From a bacterium (GTDB lineage: Bacteria > UBA8248), in contig OZ253442.1 in NCBI GenBank assembly GCA_965261085.1, positions 192,001-256,000 on the forward strand: a stretch of 64,000 bases of DNA, read 5' to 3'. Of this stretch, positions 1 through 10,374 are shown in pieces (positions within the stretch are counted from its first letter, which is position 1; each line of letters begins with the position of its first letter). The position numbers and the translations under genes were made by a program. The notes below the pieces were generated by a model. That model made no database searches. It worked only from the letters and a program-made list of their open reading frames with translations, and had not been told where the DNA came from.

Positions 1-1
1 T

Positions 2-250
2 CTGAAATGCCGCCGTGAGGAGGGTCTATCCCCGCCCGATGCGGTACGCGCCACCTTCAACACCGTAGGTCATGCGCTGTGGACGACGACTGCGGTTTTA
101 TCGTTGGGCTTTCTGGTGTTTGCTTTCTCGGGATTCGAACTCAGTTGGTCACTCGGCCTTCTGGTCGGGATCACGCTCGTCTTCGCGCTCCTGGCCGATT
201 TCCTGCTTCTGCCGACTCTGCTGATGGCTCTCGACCGGAAGGAATTATGA
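2..250 (+). CDS. MMPL/RND-family transporter, C-terminal end (gene starts before the window)
   Basis: Own translation of frame 2: ...DAVRATFNTVGHALWTTTAVLSLGFLVFAFSGF...LLADFLLLPTLLMALDRKEL*, typical last TM helices of MMPL/RND exporters. Not in the ORF track. Confidence 0.8.
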   Translation: MKCRREEGLSPPDAVRATFNTVGHALWTTTAVLSLGFLVFAFSGFELSWSLGLLVGITLVFALLADFLLLPTLLMALDRKEL

Positions 251-302
251 TGCGCGATCGTCTCACCCGCGCGAAGTGAAGGGACTGTAGGGGTCGCAGA
301 CC

Positions 303-645
303 GGGTTGTTGAAAAAGCCCTCTCCGCCTCATCCTGAGTAGCGGTGAAGCCGCGTATCGAAGGATGCCCTCTCGCCCAGCGCGAGGCGTTCGACTTTCCT
401 CGCCCTTCGATACGCCGCCTTCGGCGGCTACTCAGGGTGAGGAAAGAGGCGTTGGCGGTTTGCGGGGGTCGGAGACGGGGTTGTTGAAAAAGCCCCCCTG
501 ACAAGGGGGGTTGGGGGGGGGTTCGAAGGGAATGATGCTTCACCCGCCCCGCTCGCCCTCCCCCGGCTTGAAATCAACCCCCCTGGCCCCCCTTGTCAGG
601 GGGGTAAAAACGATGCTCTCCCCGGCAAGGAGTTTTTCAACAACC
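303..645. repeat. MITE-like element with nested REP-type palindromes
   Basis: GGTTGTTGAAAAA occurs at 304 and 479, with the inverted copy TTTTTCAACAACC at 633-645. Internal palindromes are TCATCCTGAGTAGC..GCTACTCAGGGTGA (~328-440) and CCCCCCTGACAAGGGGG..CCCCCTTGTCAGGGGG (~493-604). Confidence 0.75.
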
Positions 646-708
646 TCGAAGAGGGAGCGATTGTTTCGACTGAGGAAGGAGGAATTCTTCCGAGCGGGGA
701 GCGATGAA

Positions 709-3009
709 TCACGCACGCGCCTTCAAAAGCGCCATAGCGACTCTATCCGGCGTCAAGGGCAAATCACGGAACCGGACGCCCGTGGCGTCGTAAACCGCAT
801 TGGCGATGGCCGCCGCGGTGGGCACGGTCACCTGCTCGCCGACTCCTTTCGCCCCGTAAGGGCCGTTCGAATAGGAATCCTCCACGATGAGGGACGCCAC
901 CCGGTCCGGCACGTCCTCCACCGTCGGAGCGAGGTAGCCATGCATGTCGGGGTTTTGCATCAAACCCTCCCGCTGAACGACTTCCTCCATCATGCAAAAG
1001 CCGATGCCCATATACACGCCGCCCTCGATCTGCTGCTCCACACCCATGGGGCTTATCGCCCGGCCCACGTCGTGCGCTGCCCAGACGCCCGTGATCTCCA
1101 CCTCGCCCGTCTCTTCGTCCACCAGCACCTCGGCCACCTGGCTGCCGAACCCGTAGACTTCATACGGCTCGCCCAGGCCCGTTTCCTCGTCAATCTTCGC
1201 AGGCGGCGGAATGCTGTCCGCAGCGGCGATTTGTTTGAGTTCATCGGCGACAAACGCCTTGGCGATTTCAGAAAGGGTGATCCGGGTTTCCTCATGTGAG
1301 CGCGAGCGAATAACGCCGCCTCGCAGTTCCAGATCCTCAGGGTCCGCCTCCAGCAGAATTCCGCCGAGGCGCAACAATTCGACGCGCGCCTTGAGAGAAG
1401 CGTTGTAGACCGCCTTTCCCCCCTGCATGGTGATTCGCGAACTCGAACTGGTGCCACCGAACGGGTCGATGGCGGTATCCACGCTCTCCATCAAAAACTC
1501 CGAATACGGGATATCCAGCGTCTCCGAAGCGATCTGGCAAAGCACCGTCTTGCTCCCCTGGCCGAAATCCACGACCCCGGCGGCCACCTGCACCTTGCCG
1601 TCCGCCCGGAGAAAGACGTGCGCCTCGGCCGGGGAGTAGGCGTTGCCCGTCCCATACAGACAACTCGCCACGCCGCGCCCACGCAAACGGCCATCTTCGT
1701 GTCTCCGGTTTCCATTACCCTCGCTTCCCCAGGATGAGGCCTCCTCCACTTCCTTCAGCGTATCGAGAAAACCGACGCTCTCGGGCAAATGCTGGTTCCA
1801 CGCCGTCCGGGCGCCGACCCGCAGCCCGTTGATGCGCCTGATCTCGATGGGGTCCATGCCCAAAGCCTTGGCGATCTGATCGATTTGCTGCTCGCCCGCG
1901 AAGTGAACCTGCGGACATCCCGGCCCGCGCATCTGGCCTCCGTAGGGATGGTTCGTGTGTACGCAGTGCACGTCCACCTTCGTGTTGGGCACCTGATAGG
2001 GACCGGCGGCATGATAGGTCGCGCGCTTGAACGCGGGCGGGTTATCCCCCCCGTTGGCCGCATACGCCCCCTTGTCCAGCCATACCTCCACCTCAACCGC
2101 CACCAGGCGTCCGTCTTTCGTCGCTCCCGTTTTCGAGCGGATGAACGTGGCGTGACGCTTCGAGGAGGCGATCATGCTTTCTTCGCGCGAATACACGAGC
2201 TTCACCGGCCTGCCAGCGGCATGGGCGAGGGCAGCAGCGCGCAGGCACACATCGAGACTCGCTTCGCTCTTTCCGCCGAAGGCCCCGCCAGTGATCGTCT
2301 GGACGAAACGAACCGAACTCTCGCCCTTGAGCTCCAGCATCCGGGCGACGTTCTGCCGCACCAGAAAGGGCTGTTGGGTCGAGCCCCAGATTTGAATTCC
2401 GCCGCCGGGGTGCGGACTCGCGCAAGCCGCCTCCACCTCGAGATAGAGATGATCGATGGAGGGAGTCGAATATTCACTCTCGACAATCACGTCGGCCTTC
2501 TCGAAGCCGGCGCCGACATCCCCTTTCCGTATCCTGGCCTGGTTCAGGACGTTTCCACCGGAAAAGAGTTTTTCCGCTCCCTTTTGCATCGCCTCGCGCG
2601 GATCGGAGACGACGGGCAGGGGCCGGTATTCGACCTTTATCAGCCGCATCGCCGCCTCGGCCGCCTCGAGCGTCTCCGCCGCGATGAGGGCGACCACCTC
2701 GCCCATGTAGCGCACCCTGTCGTAGGCGATGACGGGCATGGCCCGCTCGTGGGGAATGATGCAGGGATGGTTCGGCAGGTCATCGCCCGTGAGAACGGCG
2801 ACGACGCCTGGGACGCGCAGAGCCTCGCGCGTGTCCACCGAGCGTATCTCGGCATGCGCGTATTCGCTACGAAGCGCCTTGCCCACCAGCATTCCCGGAA
2901 GCTGGAGATCGTCGAGATAATCCGCAGCGCCGGTCGCCTTTTCGGGGGCGTCCAGAAAGGGCAGAGATCCCCCTATTACGGCGCCGCCCATGTCTTTGGC
3001 TTCCGCCAT
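709..3009 (-). CDS. Xanthine dehydrogenase/CoxL-family molybdopterin-binding subunit
   Basis: KATGAADYLDD N-terminus; GGAFGGK, MRGPGCPQ, GQGSKT, QQIEGG and GAKGVGE motifs. Confidence 0.93.
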   Translation of the reverse strand: MAEAKDMGGAVIGGSLPFLDAPEKATGAADYLDDLQLPGMLVGKALRSEYAHAEIRSVDTREALRVPGVVAVLTGDDLPNHPCIIPHERAMPVIAYDRVRYMGEVVALIAAETLEAAEAAMRLIKVEYRPLPVVSDPREAMQKGAEKLFSGGNVLNQARIRKGDVGAGFEKADVIVESEYSTPSIDHLYLEVEAACASPHPGGGIQIWGSTQQPFLVRQNVARMLELKGESSVRFVQTITGGAFGGKSEASLDVCLRAAALAHAAGRPVKLVYSREESMIASSKRHATFIRSKTGATKDGRLVAVEVEVWLDKGAYAANGGDNPPAFKRATYHAAGPYQVPNTKVDVHCVHTNHPYGGQMRGPGCPQVHFAGEQQIDQIAKALGMDPIEIRRINGLRVGARTAWNQHLPESVGFLDTLKEVEEASSWGSEGNGNRRHEDGRLRGRGVASCLYGTGNAYSPAEAHVFLRADGKVQVAAGVVDFGQGSKTVLCQIASETLDIPYSEFLMESVDTAIDPFGGTSSSSRITMQGGKAVYNASLKARVELLRLGGILLEADPEDLELRGGVIRSRSHEETRITLSEIAKAFVADELKQIAAADSIPPPAKIDEETGLGEPYEVYGFGSQVAEVLVDEETGEVEITGVWAAHDVGRAISPMGVEQQIEGGVYMGIGFCMMEEVVQREGLMQNPDMHGYLAPTVEDVPDRVASLIVEDSYSNGPYGAKGVGEQVTVPTAAAIANAVYDATGVRFRDLPLTPDRVAMALLKARA

Positions 3010-3557
3010 GGCTTACTCCTGAGTGAAGAAGTGAATCCTAGAAAGTGAGGACCGATGGATGAACCGTCAATCTACATGCCCAGGTGTCGTTTGTCCACGA
3101 AATCGAAGGCTCGACATCGAAGGCTTTCCTCGCTCACCTCTCGATCGGGATTGAACTTTTCTCATCGACCGGGAATGAACCATCATGAGACGACCCCTAT
3201 ATGAGGGACGCATTCCCCCGCATTTGTGGTGGCGAGACAGGGATAGGGCGCGGGTATGGTGACGGGGCGAGCCGGTTTTTTCGGCCCAATCGTTCTGGGG
3301 GCGTGGTGCGGGGTTCGTCGGGTTCTTTCGGCATTCGAGATTCGTCATGGCGAGGCACGCTCGATTCCATAAAGAACGTTGTGGCCCAAAGTCATATCCC
3401 TCCCGCATTTACTATTCTCCCCCAAACTTGTTCAAGCCGGGGGCGAAGAAAGACCCTCCCGGCATCTCCCGAAAAGCCGGGAGTGAAACCATGTATTCGA
3501 GAATGTACGGGAATTTTCCGTTACGTATCGAAAGGCAGGGGACTTTGCTCCGTCAAT

Positions 3558-3692
3558 TCATTCGCCGCCGCGCAACCGGCGGAAACGCGTTTTGGCACTC
3601 GCGAAACTTCTCCGTCCGGCCGCGACCCAGGAGGCGACGCCGGATAGCGCCAGCGCCCCCGCGAGGAGGAACCTCCGTCTGTTCAGGCCCAT
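3558..3692 (-). pseudogene. Truncated Tat-exported protein relic (signal peptide only)
   Basis: MGLNRRRFLLAGALALSGVASWVAAG is a twin-arginine signal; the frame stops about 18 codons later. Confidence 0.4.
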
Positions 3693-3773
3693 TCTCCCAC
3701 CTCCAAATCTCCAGGCCCGGAAAGATGAGGAAGGCGAGAGTCCCCTCCCCATCCCTCTCGTTTCATCAAGGAT

Positions 3774-3941
3774 TCATATCTTCTCGATCCTTGCTTTTAC
3801 GTGCTTAAAGTCCACCTGGCCGGATACCGGATCAAAGGCCCGGTGCGTGACAGCGTTGACGAGCCAGCGGTTCTTCTTCGGGTCGGCGTTGAGAGGACGG
3901 GCAGGAACTGAAAGACGAAGACCCAATGCTCCGACAGGCAT
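3774..3941 (-). pseudogene. C-terminal relic of a DMSO-reductase-family (NapA/Fdh-like) molybdoenzyme
   Basis: Own translation ...WLVNAVTHRAFDPVSGQVDFKHVKARIEKI* resembles the N..T....DP.S...DFK....KV C-terminus of NapA-like proteins. Confidence 0.45.
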
Positions 3942-4106
3942 TCGCCGGGATGCGCGGGAGTTTTAATTCATCCGCTTTCGGTTTGATTACACGCCGCGGA
4001 AGGCGGATCCCGAACGGGACCGGGAACAATGCAAGTTTCCCAATGATTCCAATGGATAACGGGATTTCATCACAGATGAAGACCGCTCTCTGTCTATGCG
4101 GGCGGA

Positions 4107-4250
4107 ATGTCTCTTTTTCTCTCTGATAGCGACCCAGGGATTTTCTTCCGCAAGCCGATAAGCCTGATGTTTCTGGCCTTGGGCTTGATCTACCTCATCA
4201 TCGTTTTTCTGAAGAGGACTTCCCTGTTGAAGAAGCAGGGTTCCGCCTGA
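4107..4250 (+). pseudogene. C-terminal relic of TctA-like tripartite tricarboxylate transporter permease
   Basis: Own translation MSLFLSDSDPGIFFRKPISLMFLALGLIYLIIVF... matches the LSDGD..IF..RPIS C-terminal motif of TctA. Confidence 0.5.
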
Positions 4251-4299
4251 TCCCCGTTTTCATTAAAACTGGGGTTTTCCTCCGCCCGCGTCCTGGGAT

Positions 4300-6396
4300 T
4301 CATCGTCCAAGCCGCATGATGATGTTGTCGAACGCATCCCTGGTGACGCCGAAATCGGGGGGAACCAGTATGGTGGCGTCGAACTCCTGGAGGATGAACG
4401 GCCCTTTTGTCATGGTTTCATCGAGCATGGAGCGGTTGATGAGTTTCGCGGCGGCCCATCCCATCTCGGCGCCGAAATAGGCTTGCCGCTCGCCCGTCTT
4501 GGTTTTCAGGATTTCCGGGAACAGGAGCGAGTCGGGGAAACGCGGCGTTTCGGGAACGCCCGTGGCGACCAGGTGGAGGTTCACGAGTTCCACGAGTCCG
4601 TCGCCTCCCCGGTGTCCGTAGGTGCGCTCGTGTTCATCTTCAAAGGCCTCGGAGGCTTGCGCGAGCGCATCGCCGGCCGAGCCGTTCTCGGGCCAGGGAA
4701 TCGACAGCTCATGCGTTTGCCCGTAATAGCGGAGCTCCCCGCGCCTGCGGAGGCGGCATCTCTCGCCCGGGTATCCCTCCCTGGAGAGCAAATCGCGCGC
4801 CTCGACCTCGAGATGCTCCCAACAGGCCTCGACCGACTCCGGGTCGAGTTCGTCCGTTCTTCCCAAAAGGGTTTGGGTGAAGTGGTGCTCCAAATCGGAA
4901 TAAAGGAGACCGAAGGCGGAGAAAATACCCGAAGAAGGGGGAATGACCACTTGGGGGAGTTCCAGTTCTCGCGCCACGGAGGCCGCGAACAGCCCCCCGT
5001 TTCCGCCGAAGGCGAACAGGCTGAAATCACGAGGGTCCTTGCCGCGCTCGGTGGAGACCGAACGAATCGTCCGCGTCATGTTGGACGTCGCGATTTGAAC
5101 GACTCCGTGGGCGAGCGTCGTGATGTCGAGACCCAGAGGCTTCGCCACTTTCTCGCCGAGGGCGCGCTCGGCGGCGGATGAATCGAGCTTCACCGAACCG
5201 CCCGCGATGCCCTCGGAATCGAGATAGCCCAAGAGCAGGCAGCTATCCGTCAGGGTGGGTTCCTCGCCCCCGAGTCCATAACATGCGGGACCGGGACTCG
5301 CACCCGCGCTCTTGGGGCCTACCTGTAGAGCGCCTCCCTTGTCGATCCAGACGATGCTGCCGCCGCCCGCGCCGATCTCCGCGATGTCGAGGGTGGGGGC
5401 GCGCAGAAGGTAGCCCCCGCCGCGCGCGAGGCGGTTCGACTGGGAGAATCCGCCGCCGACCTCGTATTCGGGGGAGTATGTCGTCTCGCCGTTTTCGATG
5501 AGGCTCGCCTTGGCCGTGGTGCCTCCGATGTCCATCGTGATGGCGTTGTTCACGTTAATGCGCCTGGCGAGGTGATGCGCCGCGACGACCCCTGCGGCGG
5601 GTCCTGATTCGATGATGTGAATGGGCTGCGCGCGGGCCACTTCCGCTGTCATGATTCCGCCGTTTGACTGCATGATCAGCAGCGGGGCCGTGAACTCTCT
5701 TTCCCGTAAGCCCGCTTCGAGCGATTCGAGATATTGCTTGACCACCGGCATCACGAAAGCGTTGATGACCGTCGTGCTGGTGCGTTCGTACTCCCTCATT
5801 TCGGGCAGGATGTCCGAGGAAATGGAGGCGTCGACGTCCGGGCTTTCAGCGCGGATGATGTCGTACACGGCGCGCTCGTGCGCGGGATTCGCATAGGAGT
5901 TCAACAGACAGACCGCGATGGATTCCACCCCCTGGCGGGTGAGTTCGGCGATGGCGCTTCGGGCCGATTCCGCGTCCAGGGCTTCGAGCGCCTCGCCCGT
6001 GTGGCTCATTCGCTCACGCACTTCCGCGCGGAGGAACCGCTCCACCAAAGGCGGAGGTTTCGTCCAGTTCAAGTCATACTGGGTGGGGATGCGGATTCGC
6101 CTCAGTTCGAGTACGTCCCGAAAACCCCGGGTCGTGATGAGGCCGGTCAGCGCGCCTTCGCGCTCGATGATGGCGTTGGTGGCCACGGTGGTTCCATGGG
6201 CCACCTCGGTGCAGTCCCCGGCGGATAAGCGGTTCTCCGCCAGCAGATTTTCAAGCGTTTCCAGGATGCCTCGCTCGTAGGCGTCCGTCGTGGAGATGGC
6301 TTTGGCCGTGTGAACGCATCCCTGCTCGTCGATTACAACGATGTCGGTGAACGTACCTCCGATGTCCACCCCGATCCGAAAAGATTGTCCGCTCAT
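4300..6396 (-). CDS. Hydantoinase/oxoprolinase subunit A (HyuA-like)
   Basis: RIGVDIGGTFTD, HGTTVATNA, ESGPAAGV, DIGGTTAK and GAGGGSI motifs. Start placed at MSGQSF (6396); the longer ORF overlaps the opposite-strand gene. Confidence 0.93.
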   Translation of the reverse strand: MSGQSFRIGVDIGGTFTDIVVIDEQGCVHTAKAISTTDAYERGILETLENLLAENRLSAGDCTEVAHGTTVATNAIIEREGALTGLITTRGFRDVLELRRIRIPTQYDLNWTKPPPLVERFLRAEVRERMSHTGEALEALDAESARSAIAELTRQGVESIAVCLLNSYANPAHERAVYDIIRAESPDVDASISSDILPEMREYERTSTTVINAFVMPVVKQYLESLEAGLREREFTAPLLIMQSNGGIMTAEVARAQPIHIIESGPAAGVVAAHHLARRINVNNAITMDIGGTTAKASLIENGETTYSPEYEVGGGFSQSNRLARGGGYLLRAPTLDIAEIGAGGGSIVWIDKGGALQVGPKSAGASPGPACYGLGGEEPTLTDSCLLLGYLDSEGIAGGSVKLDSSAAERALGEKVAKPLGLDITTLAHGVVQIATSNMTRTIRSVSTERGKDPRDFSLFAFGGNGGLFAASVARELELPQVVIPPSSGIFSAFGLLYSDLEHHFTQTLLGRTDELDPESVEACWEHLEVEARDLLSREGYPGERCRLRRRGELRYYGQTHELSIPWPENGSAGDALAQASEAFEDEHERTYGHRGGDGLVELVNLHLVATGVPETPRFPDSLLFPEILKTKTGERQAYFGAEMGWAAAKLINRSMLDETMTKGPFILQEFDATILVPPDFGVTRDAFDNIIMRLGR

Positions 6397-6504
6397 GATC
6401 TCGATTTCTGAAGGCGGAAGCGCCCGTGAATGGCGTCCCACCGTGATGTTATGATAGCTTCCCGCTCTACTTTGATAATTGAACCATCTTGACACGGAGA
6501 ACAC

Positions 6505-8223
6505 ATGCTTGAAAAGCGTCTGGACCCTGTGACGACCTCCGTCGTGGAACGCGGATTGTTCAGCGTGGCCGATGAAATGGCCGCCGTCATCGTTCGTACG
6601 GCCTATTCCCCCCTGGTCCGCGACCTGCTCGATTTCACCGTCGCGCTTTGCAACCCGCGAGGGGAGATGGTGGTTCAGGGCGTGGGAATGGCGATCCACC
6701 TGGGCGCATTGCCGACCGCCGTGGCCGCCATGCTCAAAAAATTCGAGGGAAACCTCCGCCCGGGCGACGCCCTCATCATGAACGACCCCTACGAGGGCGG
6801 TATGCACCTGCCCAACATCGTGATCGTCACGCCGATATTCTGCGCCGATGAATTGATGGGGCATGCGGTCGCCATGGCCCACATGACGGACGTAGGCGGC
6901 CACGTGCCGGGGAGCGTTCCGGTGAACAGCCGGGAGGTTTTCGCCGAGGGTCTCAGGATTCCGCCCCTTTTGCTGGAGCGAGACGGGAGACGCAATGAGA
7001 CACTCATGGCCTTGATTGAGAAAAATTCCCGGCTTCCGAGAGATTTTTTCGGCGACTTAGAAGCCCAGATCACGGCCTGCCGCCTGGGGGAGAGGCGTTT
7101 TTCCGCCCTGGCGCGGCGCTACGGCAACGAGGTGATGCGGGCCGCCATGGCGGGCTTGCTCGACCGCAGCGAGAAGATGGCGCGCGCGGAAATCGCCGCG
7201 ATGCCCGATGGCGTCTACCCTTTTGAGGATTGGCTCGATAATGACGGCATGGATGGCGGGCCGCAGCGCCTTTTCGTTACCGTCACGATAGACGGGGATA
7301 ACCTGACCGCCGATTTCACGGGCACGGATTTACAGGCCCCCACCGCCATCAACTCTCCTCTCGCATATTCGCGCTCGGCGTTCTATCTGGCGGTGCGCTC
7401 CATCATGAACCAGGAAATTCCCAACACGGCGGGTTTTTTCCGGCCGCTTCGGCTCGTGGCGCCGGAGGGAACGCTCGTTCACCCCAGCTTCCCGGCGGCC
7501 GTGGGCGCGATGGGCGTGGTGGGCTACCGGGTGGCGGATTGTGTTTTCGGCGCTCTGGGGCAGGCGGCTCCGCATCTGGTAAGGGCGGCGAGCGAGGGCG
7601 GCACCACGCGCTATACGGTGGGCGCGACGAAAAAAGGCGCGCCCAGCATACTCAGCGAAGCGCTCGTCGGCGCCTGGGGCGGTCATCCTCACATGGACGG
7701 CATCGACGGCGTGGCGAACGTCGCCGCCAACATGGCGAACTCGCCCATCGAGATGGTGGAGAGCACCTATCCGGTATTGGTGGAGGAATACGGCTACGAG
7801 CCCAATTCGGAGGGCGCAGGGAAGTTTCGGGGCGGTCTGGGCGTGCGGCGCAAGATTCGCATTCTCGCGCCCGAGGGCGGAGTGCTCCAGGTTCGCTCAG
7901 GAAGGGCGGAACACGCCCCGTGGGGGCTTCACGGCGGTCACGACGGCACCATCTGCCAGAATGTTCTCGACCCCGACACCCCGAACGAGAAGCGTCTCAA
8001 GGGAAACGAGACGATTCACGTACCCGAAGGAACGGTGTATGTCCACGTCACTCCCGGAGCGGGAGGGCACGGTCCGCCGCAGGAGCGTGAACCGGCTCTG
8101 GTGGCTCTCGACGTGCGGGACGGGAAAATCTCCGTCCAGCGCGCGCGGGAGGTCTACAGGGTCGCGGTCGATGAAGCGGGTGCGCTCGATGAAGCCTCGA
8201 CGATGAAACTGCGCGAAGCGTAA
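6505..8223 (+). CDS. Hydantoinase/oxoprolinase subunit B (HyuB-like)
   Basis: RTAYSP, NDPYEGGMHLP, HMTDVGG, EGLRIPP, GAGKFRGGLG and TPGAGGHG motifs. Confidence 0.93.
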   Translation: MLEKRLDPVTTSVVERGLFSVADEMAAVIVRTAYSPLVRDLLDFTVALCNPRGEMVVQGVGMAIHLGALPTAVAAMLKKFEGNLRPGDALIMNDPYEGGMHLPNIVIVTPIFCADELMGHAVAMAHMTDVGGHVPGSVPVNSREVFAEGLRIPPLLLERDGRRNETLMALIEKNSRLPRDFFGDLEAQITACRLGERRFSALARRYGNEVMRAAMAGLLDRSEKMARAEIAAMPDGVYPFEDWLDNDGMDGGPQRLFVTVTIDGDNLTADFTGTDLQAPTAINSPLAYSRSAFYLAVRSIMNQEIPNTAGFFRPLRLVAPEGTLVHPSFPAAVGAMGVVGYRVADCVFGALGQAAPHLVRAASEGGTTRYTVGATKKGAPSILSEALVGAWGGHPHMDGIDGVANVAANMANSPIEMVESTYPVLVEEYGYEPNSEGAGKFRGGLGVRRKIRILAPEGGVLQVRSGRAEHAPWGLHGGHDGTICQNVLDPDTPNEKRLKGNETIHVPEGTVYVHVTPGAGGHGPPQEREPALVALDVRDGKISVQRAREVYRVAVDEAGALDEASTMKLREA

Positions 8224-8240
8224 AGATTCAAGGCGCGCTG

Positions 8241-10373
8241 CTAGCGTCTTCGTTTCGTCCGGCTCGTTTTCTTGCGCGTCATATTGAGCCGGCCCAGAGA
8301 ATCCACCTCCAAGCGAAACGAGGGCGGGATGAGCACCGTGGAATCGGGTTGCTCGATGACTGCAGGGCCTTGAACCCGGTTTCCGCCTTTTAGAAGCTCC
8401 CGTTCATAGATGGGGCAGTCGATGAAATTTCCGGCCTCCTGGAAATGCACCCCCCGCGCGCCCTTGAACGCCGCCTTGGGACTTTGGGAGCCGGCGGCGA
8501 TTTTTTTCGGGAGAATGCGGTCCGTGAGGCCGATGGCCGAGACGCGAAGGGTCACGGCCTGAACGCTTTCCGCCTCATCGCAATAGCTGTACTGGCGCAG
8601 ATGCGCGTCGTGAAACGCCCTTCGCGCCTTGCCGAGCCACGCGGGGCCTATCTTTCCGCCGGGCAGCGACACGTTGATCTCATAGTTTTGAAGCGGGTAG
8701 CGCAGGTCGGCCGAGCGCACGAGCATGCGCTTCGCCCGGGGCGCCTTCTCGGCTATGAGCCATTCGTCCGCCTCCGCTTCGAGCTCGGCTATGAGAGCGG
8801 CGATTCGCTCCGCGTTTTCTTTGTCGAGGCTTAAGCGCGTCGTGGCCGTGAAGTCCGCTCTCATATCCGCCCAGAGCAGGCCGAGGGCGGAGAAAACGCC
8901 CGGCGCCTCGGGGATGATGATGCGCGGAATGCCGAGCTCGTTCGCCAGATCGGCCGCGTGCAGGGGGCCCGCGCCGCCAAAGCTGATGAGCGCGAAATCG
9001 CGCGGGTCATAGCCTCTGGCGACCGAGACCACGCGCAGGGTGCGAACCATGTGGGCGTTGACGACTTCGATGATACCCGCGGCGGCTTCCATGGTGGATA
9101 GCCCGAGTGGTTCGGCTATCTTCTCTTCGATGGCCTTTTCCGCGTAATCGAGATGGAGGCGTGATTCTCCTCCGACGAAATAATCCGGGTTCAGGCGGCC
9201 CAGGACGAGGTTCGCGTCCGTGACGGTGGGTTCCTCGCCCCCCCGGCCGTAGCAGACCGGGCCTGGTTCCGAACCCGCGCTGTGGGGGCCGACTTTCAAA
9301 ACGCCCACGCCGTCCACCGAAGCGATGGAGCCGCCTCCCGCGCCGCATTCGGTCAGGTCGATGACGGGCGTCTTGACGGGATATCCCGTAAAGCGGACCG
9401 CCAGGGACTGGTGCATGCCCATTCCTATCTCGTATTCGGTGGTGGTCTTGTAGGCGCCGCCCTCAATCAGGCTCGTCTTGGCGGTTGTGCCGCCCATGTC
9501 GAAGGAGATGATGTCTGGTTCTTCGAGCTCTCGCGCGAGAACGGTGGCGGCGATGACGCCCGCCGCGGGGCCTGATTCGATGAGCGTGTGGGGGCGTTCG
9601 CGCGCAGATGCCGGCGACATCAGCCCGCCGGCCGAATTCATGATGAGGAGTTTTTCGGGGCGGTGCCCGAGCCTGGATACCTCATCGTGCAGCCTTTCCG
9701 TGTAGCGCGCGAATATGGGTTTCAGGTAGCCGACGAGCGCGGTCGTACTCGTTCGCTCGAACTCGCGAAACTCAGGCGTGATGTCCGAGGAGGCGACGAT
9801 GTGGCGGCCCGGAAGCGCTCGAAGGAGATGTTTTTTCACCCGAAGCTCGTGGGCGGGATTCACGTAGGAGAACAAAAGCGCGATCACCACCGATTCGGCG
9901 CCCGAGGCATCGAGCGCATCCGCGAGCCGGTCGAGTTCCGCTTTCGTCAATTTGGTGACGACGTCTCCGTTCCACGCCAGCCGCTCGCTCACCTCGAAGC
10001 TGAGCCGCCGGGGGATGAGGGGCTTGGCCTTCACCTCCTGTAAGTTATACAGACTCGGCCTGCGCTGGCGGGCGATCTCGAGAATGTCCCGAAACCCCTG
10101 GGTGGTGACCAAGGCGGTGCGCGCGCCTTTTGATTCCAAAACGGTGTTGGTGGCCACCGTAGTGGCGTGGAGGATGCGCCCCACCTCTTCGGGGGATATG
10201 CCTCGCGTCGCCCTCTGGAGTCCGTTGACGAAACAGCCCTCCAGATTTACCGGCGTGGTGTCCACCTTGTAGGAGGCGATGAGCCCCTCTTCCTCTCCCA
10301 TGAGGACGACGTCGGTGAACGTGCCGCCGATGTCGATGCCGACGCGGTATTTTTCTTTCTTTCTCGAAGCCAT
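8241..10373 (-). CDS. Hydantoinase/oxoprolinase subunit A (second copy)
   Basis: GIDIGGTFTD, HATTVATN, ESGPAAGV, DMGGTTAK and GAGGGSI motifs. Confidence 0.93.
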   Translation of the reverse strand: MASRKKEKYRVGIDIGGTFTDVVLMGEEEGLIASYKVDTTPVNLEGCFVNGLQRATRGISPEEVGRILHATTVATNTVLESKGARTALVTTQGFRDILEIARQRRPSLYNLQEVKAKPLIPRRLSFEVSERLAWNGDVVTKLTKAELDRLADALDASGAESVVIALLFSYVNPAHELRVKKHLLRALPGRHIVASSDITPEFREFERTSTTALVGYLKPIFARYTERLHDEVSRLGHRPEKLLIMNSAGGLMSPASARERPHTLIESGPAAGVIAATVLARELEEPDIISFDMGGTTAKTSLIEGGAYKTTTEYEIGMGMHQSLAVRFTGYPVKTPVIDLTECGAGGGSIASVDGVGVLKVGPHSAGSEPGPVCYGRGGEEPTVTDANLVLGRLNPDYFVGGESRLHLDYAEKAIEEKIAEPLGLSTMEAAAGIIEVVNAHMVRTLRVVSVARGYDPRDFALISFGGAGPLHAADLANELGIPRIIIPEAPGVFSALGLLWADMRADFTATTRLSLDKENAERIAALIAELEAEADEWLIAEKAPRAKRMLVRSADLRYPLQNYEINVSLPGGKIGPAWLGKARRAFHDAHLRQYSYCDEAESVQAVTLRVSAIGLTDRILPKKIAAGSQSPKAAFKGARGVHFQEAGNFIDCPIYERELLKGGNRVQGPAVIEQPDSTVLIPPSFRLEVDSLGRLNMTRKKTSRTKRRR

Positions 10374-10374
10374 G

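Noticed and set aside
6397-6903. N-terminal extension of hydantoinase A (867 aa)
   Set aside because: Antisense shadow of the hyuB gene.
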